From: Sanchytrium tribonematis
Lineage: Eukaryota
Assembly (NCBI GenBank): GCA_018985235.1
Contig: JADGIG010000003.1
Location: 1-64,000, forward strand
Direction: 5' to 3'
Length of the DNA stretch: 64,000 bases
Each line of letters starts with the position of its first letter. The stretch's first letter is position 1. The translations under genes were made by a program, and so were the position numbers. Of the stretch, positions 34,040-44,907 are shown one piece after another. The notes below the pieces were generated by a model that was not told the DNA's origin, did no database searches, and saw only the letters and a list, made by a program, of their open reading frames with translations.

Positions 34040-35013
34040 TTAAACCTTCTTCGAATGGCATCAGGACTTTCGAAATTCTCTGTTGTCGGTGATCTAGGTC
34101 TTTTTCTACCTGGGATACTTTGAAGAGAAACAACGAAATCTCTTAGACTAATTGGTGTCATTCCGTGTTTATTTTGAATTTGCCAATTTGCAGGTGCTTC
34201 GAATTTTCTGAAGCAAAATTTCTGGGACTTTGAATATTCGTAATAATCATGAAGAGGCGTGTTACCGTCTACATCTTGTCGGTCTAGTGTAATCCCTGCT
34301 TGAGTTAACATATCCACATACCACAAATCATTTTCCTTGATTGCAAAGTGTAAAAGGGTCTTTCCTCTTTCATCTGTAACATCTAAATTAAAACCTTTCT
34401 CGGTATATAGCTTAAAAATTTCCTTTCGTTCTCGGGGCTCATTTTCTACACAAAATACTTGTATTATGGGATATGTTCCATATTTTCTAATATTTACAAG
34501 GTTGGGTTCTAATTCTACCATCCGGGATATTAACTTCAGCGATCTCTCATCGATTTTTCTGCTCAATATTGCATTGAGACAACTTCCCATCTCGCCGATT
34601 ATTGGCATCGAAAGAATTGAAGGATCACCTTCAATCAAATATTCAACAATGTCGTAATGTCCATTTTCACATGCCAACATTGTAGGGTGGACACCGTCAT
34701 TGTCGCAACTTTTCAAAAGATCTGTTTGATAATGCAACAACATTTTTACCATTTCCAAATACCCAAACTTACAAGCATTATGAAGCAAGTTATAACCATA
34801 TTCGTCTGTGATAGAGTAGTTTCTTGGCAATAGATCCATCATTTCTAGCCTACCCAGTTCGCTACAGGCAAATAAATATTGACAAAGATTAAAATGTGGA
34901 ATATTTGGAGGCATTTGTCTCTTAAACTCATTCATATCATTGTTAATAATGCAGTATCCCAAAAAATCACCCTCTTGAAAGCGATAAAACTCATCCACAA
35001 AATATTGTTCCAT
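34036..35013 (-). CDS. Ankyrin-repeat protein
   Basis: G.NLLH.AC..G, GKTLLHFA, GNTPLH and GMTP repeats. Confidence 0.88.
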   Translation of the reverse strand: MEQYFVDEFYRFQEGDFLGYCIINNDMNEFKRQMPPNIPHFNLCQYLFACSELGRLEMMDLLPRNYSITDEYGYNLLHNACKFGYLEMVKMLLHYQTDLLKSCDNDGVHPTMLACENGHYDIVEYLIEGDPSILSMPIIGEMGSCLNAILSRKIDERSLKLISRMVELEPNLVNIRKYGTYPIIQVFCVENEPRERKEIFKLYTEKGFNLDVTDERGKTLLHFAIKENDLWYVDMLTQAGITLDRQDVDGNTPLHDYYEYSKSQKFCFRKFEAPANWQIQNKHGMTPISLRDFVVSLQSIPGRKRPRSPTTENFESPDAIRRRFN

Positions 35014-35037
35014 CAGGAGATTGTCAAAATAAAAGTT

Positions 35038-38000
35038 TTATTGAAAATGAATCCAAACAGGTTTCGAGGCTAATGCGGGAAAATCCAGCGGTTTCGTAAC
35101 GCTAATAGAATATTCTACCAGGTCTTGCTTAGAAACAGAGTTGCTTCTACCCAGAACTGTCATTTGCTTTGAAAAGAAAGAATGATCAAATGTTGCTTTT
35201 GCATCATGTAATGTCTCATATAATGAGTAGATTTGTTTATAAAGATCAAATGCTTCGCCAAAATTGTATGATAAAAATAATTGTGTATGTAGATGTTGAT
35301 ATTCCACTAATTTTTCATTAAAAGAATTGACGATATAGATAAATTCGTTGATGAGATAAACTTCCTGATAAATAGTTCCCTTTCTACGACCACTTTGTTG
35401 CTTTTTGTCAGACTTTCGCTTGGATTTAACAGTTTTGCCTGTTTTGAAAGTTAATCGGGACAAACCAGTAACTTGAGAAACTAAAGTAGATCTACTTGTT
35501 TCCATTGTCTTCACAGAGTTAATATCATCAATTTCGAAAAATTCTTCGTTTTCTAAATCTTTTAATTTCGATTCCATTTCTGCTCGACAATGCTTGATTT
35601 CGTTTGCAAGGCTCTCGACCTTCGAAAGATAATTGTTCAATTCGATCAATAAAGCATTATACTTTTCAATCAATAGTAATGTGTCATTAGCTACGACGTA
35701 ATTGATAAAAGGCTCTGTAGTCCCAACCAGTTGCATATCTGTCGGAGTTAATTTGTTGATGCACAAAACATTATAAATACCAATATGATCTCCAAATATT
35801 TCCAACAACTCTATCAAATCATTAGAATTATTTCTCCCTGATAATTTGATGCAGGCAAAGCTTTCATTATAATATTTTTGTTCAGCGAACAACTCCATGG
35901 CCGAGTCAAATTTTTTTGCCAGAAAAAAGCAGATGGCAGCGGCAATTCTCTGCTTCTTCGATTGCAAATAAAAAGCGTAAAGTTCCCAAATAGCACTCCA
36001 ACAGGAATGAGCAAACTGCTTGTTTTTAATTAGGTGATGTATTGGTATTTTATAGCAATTAAAATGAGAGATGTGAGAACAAATTTTTTCAATGTCTTCG
36101 CTATTATCTATTAGATGCACAGCTGCCTTGCCATAATTTTCAACCTCAATATCAATTAAAAACCTTTGCTCATGAGGAGATAGTAATTTGACACGATCGA
36201 TGAAGCTCAAATATTCCTTTGGATCGATGTCACAGTATCGAGCAACAAATTGCACAAATTCCAAATCATAAGTCTCAAATGCGCTTTTATACAAAATGCT
36301 TTTGTCTGTTAGAAATATGCAATATTTCAAAAGATCTAAGGCCTTCTTTTTATCTGAATATATCTCTTTGATGATATGTATTGCTGATTGTATATTGTTG
36401 GAATCTCGTATGAAAGCCGTAACCAATGCCTGCAAATCATCAATTCTCCATTCTAAAAGACTATTTCCATTTTTCTTATAAATAAATTCTCTGAAAATAC
36501 CACATATACATTTAACCTTATTCTTCATTGATTCATGGTCAATTTGCAGCAGGACAGACTCTTCTTTATAAAATTTCAAAAAGGAGTTCGAGTTGCTCAA
36601 CGCGGTCAAAATTAAATTAATACGTTCAGGAGAACAGTGTTGCACGATATTTTCAATTTTCTCTTGGACGTCCCCTTTAATATCAAATATAATATTAAAA
36701 TCTATTCTATGTTTTCTACATAATTCTACAGCTAGAAACATATTTAATCTTTTCATTTCGTCAATAATTGACAAGATTATAAATGGCCTTGGATAAAATA
36801 TCTCAATATTTCCTCTAGGTAGGTGAATAATGATTTTATCACCACACATTGTAACAATAGACGCACCAAACTCCACTTCCCTGAACCAATTCAAGTTAAT
36901 GTTGACTAGGGAACTTATTTCGAGGGTGTCATCGAATTTGGTAGTAATCAAATAATCACCGTAAACAATAAATGATCTAACATTTGGAGAAATGAGCTCA
37001 ACCGAAAGAGAATCAAGCGAGATTTTGGACAGACTTCGATCTTCCGAAAGGTAAATAAGACTACTATCATACAATGTCGACAATATTGGTGTTGATGTTT
37101 TGAGTTCAAAATCATTTTTAAATATCGTACTACCTGAAATGAATGTTTTGGCTTGCGCATGCAATAGCTGATTAAAATTAGAAGAAATAATACTAAATAT
37201 CTTACCTGTGCTCGATAAAGTTTTTCCTTCTAGTGAAGGTGAAATTAGAGAAATTAAAATTTCATTTTCATAAGTGATATTACCAATTAAAATGGCTTCA
37301 GGTAATTCGTAAGCCATATCAAATTTTCTTTTAATATTAAGTCCTTTGTCAAACTCAAGTTTAGTTTCGTAATACGCATGTCGAGATAAAGAATACAACG
37401 TGCTATTATACAACACGCAATCCAAAATCTCTTCTGGGAAATTGATAATTAAATGTGCATAAGGCGGTGGCACACAGGCTAGATTCATATTTGTGACAAA
37501 TATTTCATTTCCATTAATCATAGCGACAATGCCCTCATTCGAAACAGTTGTTAAAATAGGGAATAAAGCTATTTTGTTAGTGTTTGAGTAAATATTGATT
37601 GTGTTTTCATACAAATACCATTTTAAATTTTGAACCGAAATTGTGTTCAAAATGTACCATTTGTCATTCATACATTGATAAATTAATATTTTGTTTTCTG
37701 AGCAATTTAAAGACTGAACCTCTACGTAAAGCATATTTTGGTCCTCATTTGTTCTCATTTTTGTTACATACAAATTATTGTTATGGAAGTTAAAGGCTCC
37801 ATGCTCCAATCCATTGGGTTCCACAAAAACGGCAACCAGTTTTTCTCTTCTCCTTTGAATAGTGACTACACGATGTTTGTACCAGCAAATGGAATTGGAT
37901 ATTTTATGTGCGTGCTTGCTAAATAAATCCCCATCCTCATTATAAATATAAAGTTGTTGGTTTTTTTGGATTGCAAAATATTCCTCGTCTGACCTCCAAC

Positions 38001-38241
38001 AATGTGTGGTTTGTCCGATTTCTTCAACCTTTAAATCATCGGTCACAATTTTTGAGTGCTTACCTATTGTTTGGACTTGAGTTGACTCTTTTCCCCAATT
38101 TGGAGTTTGAAATTTGTGTGTTTCTGTGCCATCGATATCAAATTGTTCATCGTCCAAAGTGAAGCAGTCGTCTTTAATGACAAGTCGGTCATTTATTAAT
38201 TCAGAATGCACAACACTCGGATTCCATTTCAACACATTCAT
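35038..38241 (-). CDS. ELP1: Elongator subunit Elp1/IKI3 (shortened)
   Basis: WRSD.EYFA, E.NGLEHG.F, VPPP, R.VEFGA, PRGN.E..YPR, RKHRIDFN, DPKEYL and RKGTIYQE.YL. Confidence 0.9.
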   Translation of the reverse strand: MNVLKWNPSVVHSELINDRLVIKDDCFTLDDEQFDIDGTETHKFQTPNWGKESTQVQTIGKHSKIVTDDLKVEEIGQTTHCWRSDEEYFAIQKNQQLYIYNEDGDLFSKHAHKISNSICWYKHRVVTIQRRREKLVAVFVEPNGLEHGAFNFHNNNLYVTKMRTNEDQNMLYVEVQSLNCSENKILIYQCMNDKWYILNTISVQNLKWYLYENTINIYSNTNKIALFPILTTVSNEGIVAMINGNEIFVTNMNLACVPPPYAHLIINFPEEILDCVLYNSTLYSLSRHAYYETKLEFDKGLNIKRKFDMAYELPEAILIGNITYENEILISLISPSLEGKTLSSTGKIFSIISSNFNQLLHAQAKTFISGSTIFKNDFELKTSTPILSTLYDSSLIYLSEDRSLSKISLDSLSVELISPNVRSFIVYGDYLITTKFDDTLEISSLVNINLNWFREVEFGASIVTMCGDKIIIHLPRGNIEIFYPRPFIILSIIDEMKRLNMFLAVELCRKHRIDFNIIFDIKGDVQEKIENIVQHCSPERINLILTALSNSNSFLKFYKEESVLLQIDHESMKNKVKCICGIFREFIYKKNGNSLLEWRIDDLQALVTAFIRDSNNIQSAIHIIKEIYSDKKKALDLLKYCIFLTDKSILYKSAFETYDLEFVQFVARYCDIDPKEYLSFIDRVKLLSPHEQRFLIDIEVENYGKAAVHLIDNSEDIEKICSHISHFNCYKIPIHHLIKNKQFAHSCWSAIWELYAFYLQSKKQRIAAAICFFLAKKFDSAMELFAEQKYYNESFACIKLSGRNNSNDLIELLEIFGDHIGIYNVLCINKLTPTDMQLVGTTEPFINYVVANDTLLLIEKYNALLIELNNYLSKVESLANEIKHCRAEMESKLKDLENEEFFEIDDINSVKTMETSRSTLVSQVTGLSRLTFKTGKTVKSKRKSDKKQQSGRRKGTIYQEVYLINEFIYIVNSFNEKLVEYQHLHTQLFLSYNFGEAFDLYKQIYSLYETLHDAKATFDHSFFSKQMTVLGRSNSVSKQDLVEYSISVTKPLDFPALASKPVWIHFQ

Positions 38242-38434
38242 TGGTTTTACAGATACTCCTTAAATTATTTATTGGCCTATTTTTTAATTATTTCCATCAA
38301 GTCGATATATTGCATAACAGTCTCCTCAATCTCATCTTTCTTTACTAAATCCATAAAATCCTTTTGAATTTTTTCAATATGAAAATATTTTTGCATCTCG
38401 TTTCAATAATTTTTCTAACTTTCAATTTTTGACA

Positions 38435-39199
38435 ATGACACTCGAGGCATTTGGATTTAAAAGGGTTGCAATAGAAGACCGAGAAGCTAAAAGGACTAAA
38501 CTAGAAAGTGATAACCAGGAAAACGACTTGGTTGAAACTTTTATCCCAACATCATGGAAATTGGTATTGCAAAAAGAATTTCGAAAGGATTATTTTTTGA
38601 AATTGGAAAAGCTTGTGGATGAAGACAGAAAAAAGTTTGAGGTTTACCCGCCTCCTGAGAAGGTTTTTGCATCTCTTGCCGTCAAATTTGAAGATGTTAA
38701 AGTCGTCATCCTGGGGCAAGACCCCTATCATGGACCTAATCAGGCTATGGGACTTTCATTTAGTGTCCAGAAAGAAATTTCAATTCCTCCCTCCCTTCGC
38801 AACATATACCTAGAATTGAAATCCGATTTAGGAATTGAAATTGCGAAGCATGGGGATTTAACGGCTTGGTCAAAGGAGGGTGTATTACTCCTAAATGCTT
38901 CTTTGACTGTCAGAAAAAATTCGCCTAATAGTCATAAAGACTTTGGATGGTATAAATTCACCGATGTAATAATTAAGGAAATTAATTCCAAGAGGGAAAA
39001 TGTTGTTTTTATGTTATGGGGCAGTTTCGCACAACAGAAGGCTAAAATGATTGACTCCAAAAGACATTTAGTATTGAAATCTCCCCATCCTTCTCCATTT
39101 TCTGCCCATAAAGGATTTCTAGGCAATAAGCATTTCTCGAAAGCAAATGACTACTTAAAAGCGAAGAGTAAGGAACCCGTTAATTGGAAAATTGAGTAA
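38435..39199 (+). CDS. UNG1: Uracil-DNA glycosylase family 1
   Basis: GQDPYH, PPSL.NIY, GVLLLN and HPSP.S motifs. Confidence 0.96.
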   Translation: MTLEAFGFKRVAIEDREAKRTKLESDNQENDLVETFIPTSWKLVLQKEFRKDYFLKLEKLVDEDRKKFEVYPPPEKVFASLAVKFEDVKVVILGQDPYHGPNQAMGLSFSVQKEISIPPSLRNIYLELKSDLGIEIAKHGDLTAWSKEGVLLLNASLTVRKNSPNSHKDFGWYKFTDVIIKEINSKRENVVFMLWGSFAQQKAKMIDSKRHLVLKSPHPSPFSAHKGFLGNKHFSKANDYLKAKSKEPVNWKIE

Positions 39200-39218
39200 A
39201 TGTAGATTTTATTTGTAA

Positions 39219-40151
39219 ATGCGGATGAAACGCACAATGGATGGAATTGAATTCTTTTCTGGCATCGGAGCTTGGAATTTGGTCTTCGCCAATTCTCAGT
39301 TCTTATCGTACGAAATAAATTCCAAAGCAAACCACGTCTTTCAATCAAATATAAAATCAAAACCCATTGCCAAAAATTTGGCAACCATAAAGCACCTTCC
39401 TGTAGCTCAAATATGGTGTATGTCCCCGCCTTGCCAACCTTTTACCTCTCAGAAATCATCCAAACAACTCGATTTATCCGATAAAAGAAATGACGCTTTC
39501 TTACATATTATTTTAAATTTTTTAGGAAAATTAAGGCCCAACTATATCTTTATTGAAAATGTGTCTAATTTTAAAGACAGCCAAACCGAAAAAATTCTAC
39601 TTCAGAAGCTACGCGAGCTACAATATGCTTTTGACTTTATAATTTTAAGTCCCACAGACTTTGGAATACCAAATCAACGAAACAGATACTTTTTGTTTGC
39701 CACTTTTGAGAAACCAGAATTCAAATTTGAAATACCACCAAGAATTGAGCTCGGTCCAATATCCTCGTATCTAGATGACCCAAAAATCGTTCCGCAAGAA
39801 TGTTTTCTAACAATCTCTGAAATTGAAAAATATTTTCAAATTTTTGACATTAAGCGTCCTTCAGATAAAACTACGAATTGTTTTACCAAAAATTACTACA
39901 GAATGTTTGAAGGAACTGGAAGTATTCTTCAAACGGAAGGATTTCAACATTTAATCAATGATGAGAACAAACATTATTTAGGTCTTCGTAGATTTACTCC
40001 AACAGAAATTTGCAAGTTATTTGGATTCCCCACATCTTTCAAATTTGATCTTCCTCTGAAGGACCAGTATAAGTTGCTTGGTAATTCTATTAATCTCGTG
40101 GTTTTAAAATATGTGTATCAACAAGCATTTGGTACTGAAAATACTCCTTGA
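39219..40151 (+). CDS. DNMT2: DNMT2/TRDMT1 tRNA cytosine-C5 methyltransferase
   Basis: FFSGIG, MSPPCQPF, ENV, PNQR.R, the DNMT2 signature CFTK.Y...EGTGS, and LGNS.N. Confidence 0.92.
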   Translation: MRMKRTMDGIEFFSGIGAWNLVFANSQFLSYEINSKANHVFQSNIKSKPIAKNLATIKHLPVAQIWCMSPPCQPFTSQKSSKQLDLSDKRNDAFLHIILNFLGKLRPNYIFIENVSNFKDSQTEKILLQKLRELQYAFDFIILSPTDFGIPNQRNRYFLFATFEKPEFKFEIPPRIELGPISSYLDDPKIVPQECFLTISEIEKYFQIFDIKRPSDKTTNCFTKNYYRMFEGTGSILQTEGFQHLINDENKHYLGLRRFTPTEICKLFGFPTSFKFDLPLKDQYKLLGNSINLVVLKYVYQQAFGTENTP

Positions 40152-40161
40152 AATTGTAAAT

Positions 40162-41004
40162 ATGCTACAACTGGATTGTAAGCCATTGATACCCTTAATC
40201 AATTGTCTAGTTAAAATAAATACTGAATTTAGCTGTCAGATAACAGAAGAAGGCTGTAAATTTACTGCTTGTAATAAATCAAGGACTGTTTATAGTGAAT
40301 GCAAAGTCTCTCCCAATGTTATGACAATCATTGAAGCTACAAATGTCAGTACATTCATTGTGAATTCTATTTCGTTTTCACAGGTCATTCAGCATTTCGA
40401 CAGCCTTTATTTAATTGTAGAAGAAGATTACATTAATTTCAAAAATACGACACTCGATACAATATTTAGTTTACCACAAATCACAGAAATAGAGACTGTC
40501 GAATTGGAATATAGCAAATTCGACTTGCTTGGTCTTGTTCGAATATTGCCACATATGAATTGGAATGTGCTATTAAATTCACCAATTTTGCACTTTGTTT
40601 CTAATGGCAACTCTATCGAACTGTCTACTGACACTCATGGAATGGAAACCAAAATCAACATATACCCTCATGACTGTGATTCCTTTGAATCTATTGATTT
40701 GAATTGCTTAATGCCTTTTCCTATCATGAATCATTTGTTACATCTAGCGCAAATGATCAAAAAACCAATTAATTGGTATTTTCAAAGTGGAGATCCTATG
40801 GTAGTTTCTGTGGATATGGCGGATTGCTTTGATTTGGACGTAGTGATTTCCATTAACGAAGAAATGGAGCAAAATATCGTATATGAAGACTGTCCAGACG
40901 TAAAAGAAGAATCCACCATTGACGATGAGATAACGACTTTAATGAGAGAGTCTAACCAGGTCGGAGTAATTCCTAGGCCACTTAAGAAAATGAAATACAA
41001 ATAA
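40162..41004 (+). CDS. Rad9-like subunit of the 9-1-1 checkpoint clamp
   Basis: N-terminal INCL.KI...ACNKSRT.Y and C-terminal F.SG.P with an acidic/basic tail. Confidence 0.65.
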   Translation: MLQLDCKPLIPLINCLVKINTEFSCQITEEGCKFTACNKSRTVYSECKVSPNVMTIIEATNVSTFIVNSISFSQVIQHFDSLYLIVEEDYINFKNTTLDTIFSLPQITEIETVELEYSKFDLLGLVRILPHMNWNVLLNSPILHFVSNGNSIELSTDTHGMETKINIYPHDCDSFESIDLNCLMPFPIMNHLLHLAQMIKKPINWYFQSGDPMVVSVDMADCFDLDVVISINEEMEQNIVYEDCPDVKEESTIDDEITTLMRESNQVGVIPRPLKKMKYK

Positions 41005-41164
41005 AAATGCCATGCGGAATATGATTTCATCTTTAAAAAAGACAAAGATTAGTGAAAAATACATTGACTGACCTTCATTTAATTTGTCAAAAATTTCAAC
41101 TTTAAAATCTTTTGTGTCCATCAAAACTTAAAACATTTTATGGGAGAAAATTAGAAACATTGAA

Positions 41165-41623
41165 ATGTCTCACCGAAAAACTGATGATAAAGCTAATAAA
41201 GCCCTTGATGCTCAAATCGATTCTGGCGAAGACGAAGAATTAGAATCCCAAGTTGCAATAAATCAGGCAGAAATGCAAAATAGCGCAGCCAAGCTTAAAC
41301 AAGAAGTACAGTCATTTTTACAAAGAGGAAGCGCCGAAGATGCCATGAAAGCAGCTTGCAAAATCTCTTCTAAAGAAGTGATTGAAATTTTAGTTCCAGT
41401 GTTTAACGACATTGTAGCAGGTGGAAAATTGGCAAGTGATAAGTTTGTAAATTCTTTAAATGCAAATGAATTAGACGTTTGCATGAAGTATATTTATAAG
41501 AGCATGGAGCTGTTAACAAAAGGAACTTCTGTCAATATATCCAACGTTTTGGCACTTCATGAAAAAGTCGTACAAGCAGCCGGTGTTGGTGCAATTGTGC
41601 GTGTCATTTCAGATACAAATTAA
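41165..41623 (+). CDS. ARPC5: Arp2/3 complex subunit ARPC5 (p16)
   Basis: LD..MKYIYK.M and L..HEK....AGVG.IVRV.SD motifs. Confidence 0.9.
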   Translation: MSHRKTDDKANKALDAQIDSGEDEELESQVAINQAEMQNSAAKLKQEVQSFLQRGSAEDAMKAACKISSKEVIEILVPVFNDIVAGGKLASDKFVNSLNANELDVCMKYIYKSMELLTKGTSVNISNVLALHEKVVQAAGVGAIVRVISDTN

Positions 41624-41637
41624 ATAAAAATTTACTG

Positions 41638-44600
41638 CTATTCGGAATCTTCCGCAAAAGAGGATTCATCAGAGTCTATTATTACAAGACGAGGCTCTGG
41701 TTCTTGAACAGACTGAGTCGACTCTGTAAATTCTGATAATTGTTCATCAACCAACTTTTGCGCGTTTTCGTCTGCAATTTCTGTTTCCATCAACGCCTTC
41801 AACTCCACGATTTTCTCTTGAGTGAGTATTTCTAAAAAATTTGCGTCGTCATATACTTGAGATCCTTCAATATTAAAAATTCGCGCATTATCAAACATAA
41901 GCTTTAAATCCTTCGCTACATCATCGAGAGAAATATAAGCAAATCTACCTATTCGTTTTTTAATCTCAGCGATGGAAATTGGTCTTTTAATTTGGATATA
42001 ATAGGTAGGGTAATCCACTCGTGATGGTAGACTTAAAAACAAATACGCTCTCTGTCTATCATAATCCTCAGAATTATCCATTTCTGATTCTATTGCATCA
42101 ATTAAATCTAAAGCAAACCTAGAAATATGATTGTTTTCTAGTTTTTGCTTCTTCAGCGGCTGAGTGGCTCTTGCAGCTGCTCTTCGCTTAGGCGTCATTG
42201 GATTTGAATCATCTTCAATCATTTTATCGACGTACTCTTCTTCCGTCATTGTGTCGTCGTAATTGACTTGACGCTTTTTCGCAGCACGACCAAAAACATC
42301 GGGATCATCTGTTCTATTCAAAGACAGCGGATTGAATTCAGATTTATATGCTTCTGGCAGCTCTTCAAACGTCATAAGCCGACTAGGCATAGATCCTTGG
42401 TTACCATTTCGCTGCCATTCTTCATCATCCTTTGATTGCCTCTCGTGATCCATTTTTCTAAAAAAGTCTAATTCGTGTTCATTTCTAGCAAGCATTTCAT
42501 TCAATTCTTCGTCATCTTGAGTGTCTCCAACATTGTCTTGTTTCCTATCCAGTTCTAACAAACCTCTCAAGAATGTCTCTCTTTCTTCAGCAGTGCTTCT
42601 ATTGTCAAACTTACCAGCCTGAATAATCTTTCCGTCCATGTCTAATTTAAATTGCGCACGTTCCAATATTTTTTCTTCAACACTATTGCTACTAATCAAT
42701 CGAAAAATTCTGACTTCGTGCTTTTGGCCAATTCTGTGAGCACGATCTTGAGCTTGAAGATCCTGATGAGGATTCCAATCGGAATCAAATATGATGACCG
42801 TGTCAGCAGATTGTCTAAATTAATTAAAATTACAAATTCAAGCCAAGACCACCGGCACGAGTACTTAATATGAATAGTTGATATGGTGAGTTTTCTTCAT
42901 TGAATTTTTTTAATAATTCTCCTCGATCCTCTGACTTAGTTGAGCCGTCCAATCTCAGGTAATTGAAGCCACGATACAAGCAAAGATCTTCCATGATAGT
43001 CATTACTTGTGTCATTTGAAAAAACATCAAAACTCGATGCTTAGTGTTAAAAAGTTTTGGCAAAATTCTGTCCAATAGTTCGAATTTTCCAGAACTTCTG
43101 TAAATCAGATTATTTGTCATTTTCGAGGGATTTATGGTCATTTCGACCTCTTGGAAAACAAACGGGTGATTGCAAATTTTTCGCAATTGCATAATTGTAT
43201 TATTTAGACCCTTTATACCGGTAAAACCTTTTCCTTGTTCGTCTTTTGCAGTGAACAGACAATTGTGTAGTCTCATTTGTTCGTACAATTTGTCTTGGAT
43301 AGCGCTAAAGGGTGTTTTGATGACTCTTTCAATTTTGTCTGGCAATTCGCTTTCAACATCTTTCTTCAAACGTCTCAATAAAAATGGCCGAAGAACTTTG
43401 TGCAATCTCTTGATAATCAAAAGAGACTCTTCTTCGCTCAGTTCAATATTACTAACCCCAAATGGAGCTGAAAACCATTCATCAAAGCTCTTATCGCTAT
43501 TGAATATTTTTGGTAGAATAAAATTTAAAATACTCCAAAGTTCTTGCAAATTGTTTTGTAATGGTGTTCCAGTTAATATCAATCTGAATCTAGATGAATA
43601 TTGGGAATTTAAAGTTATAGCTAATTTGGAATTACTATTTTTCATTCTGTGTCCCTCGTCTATGATGGTATATAGCCATTTAACAGGTTTAAGAATATGT
43701 TTATCCTTGATAATATATTCAAATGTAGTCAACAAGACTACAAATTGTCGTTGCTTTATTTGATACTGCAACTGTTTTCTGGCATTCGGAGAGCCTTTAT
43801 ACCCTATAACGGTAATACTAGGAGCCCATTTAGCAAATTCATTTGTCCAATTGCTTAATGTGCTAAGTGGGACAATTATTAAATAGGGACCCATTTGTTG
43901 CTTCACGGATATTAAATAACTGATAAGAGCTATACTTTGAATAGTTTTACCCAGACCCATTTCATCAGCTAATATTCCGTTAAGCCTATTGTTATAAAGA
44001 CTCACCATCCACTCCAAACCTCTAACTTGATAATCCTTTAAAGTGCCACCAATTAAATTGGAAGGTTGCATAACGTTTTCTTTAACATAATGAGCCGTAT
44101 CATAGTAGTCTTGATCTGGTATTTCTTCCTCATCATCCTCATTATCAGTAACGGTTGTTTGTTTGGCCTTCAAAATAAAATTCTTCTGAATTCTCATTTT
44201 TACCATCAGTTCTTCAATAAACGTGTTTGTCTGTTTAAGAAGCTTAGAAATACGATTGTCTTTTGTTTTACTGACTAACTTCAAATATTCTTCCTCATTG
44301 TCCTGCTTTAATGCATTCAGACGCTGCTGTTTAATAACTTGTTGCTGTTCTTTGTAAATTTTGATTAAATTGGAATGTTGATTTAAAATATGTTTATGTA
44401 ATTTTTGCTTTCCGGTATCAGTGGTAATTTTTTGTCCATGTAATAAAATTGAATTCAAATATTGTTTTTGCACCTGCTTTTGCTGAAATTCAATGGATTG
44501 TTCATATTGCTGATGATATGCTAAGACTTCTTCAATAGTATGATTAACAGGAATGTGCTGTGTGTAGTCAACATAATCGACTAAAAGTGGGTCATATCCA

Positions 44601-44761
44601 TTTTCATATGGATAGTAGGGAATGGCATTGTCCAATATCGCATAGCTTAGATTGTTTTGATATAATATAAATCTGACTAGAGCATTGCTTTGATCCATTA
44701 GGTGGTAGTCATTTGGGAAGTGCTTGTCCAAATAAAAAAAAGCTTGGGTGTTTGAACTCAT
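41638..44761 (-). CDS. SNF2/Sth1/Brahma-type remodelling ATPase with HSA remnant, SnAC and bromodomain, 1034 aa; exons 44761-42834 and 42814-41638
   Basis: DEGHRMKN; splicing restores [29 protein letters not shown]; bromodomain YP.YY..I..P...N..GS.VY.DA. Confidence 0.95.
42815..42833 (-). other. 19-nt spliceosomal intron GTAATTTTAATTAATTTAG
   Basis: Interrupts the invariant helicase motif GLNL|QSADTV. Confidence 0.95.
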
Positions 44762-44907
44762 ATTTTAAAATCTGTTAGAAGGAGAAAAGTTCAAGCTTTT
44801 ACAAATTTTTCTTGTCCTGTTACTTGATAGCGGTAATATAAAATACATGAAGCGACAAGTAGAAAAAGAGAAAGTCTTTTACTTTCAATTTTATTAATTA
44901 CAAAGTT

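Noticed and set aside
40939..41124. 61-aa minus-strand ORF containing an intron-like GTATTTTTCACTAAT
   Set aside because: There is no AG at position 19-20, it overlaps the Rad9 3' end by 66 bp, and no homology is recognisable.
11904..42833. Stop-codon reassignment (TAA/TAG to Gln) or readthrough as the cause of split ORFs
   Set aside because: Downstream parts are in different frames, long ORFs have no internal stops, and TAA, TAG and TGA all end genes at the expected C-termini.
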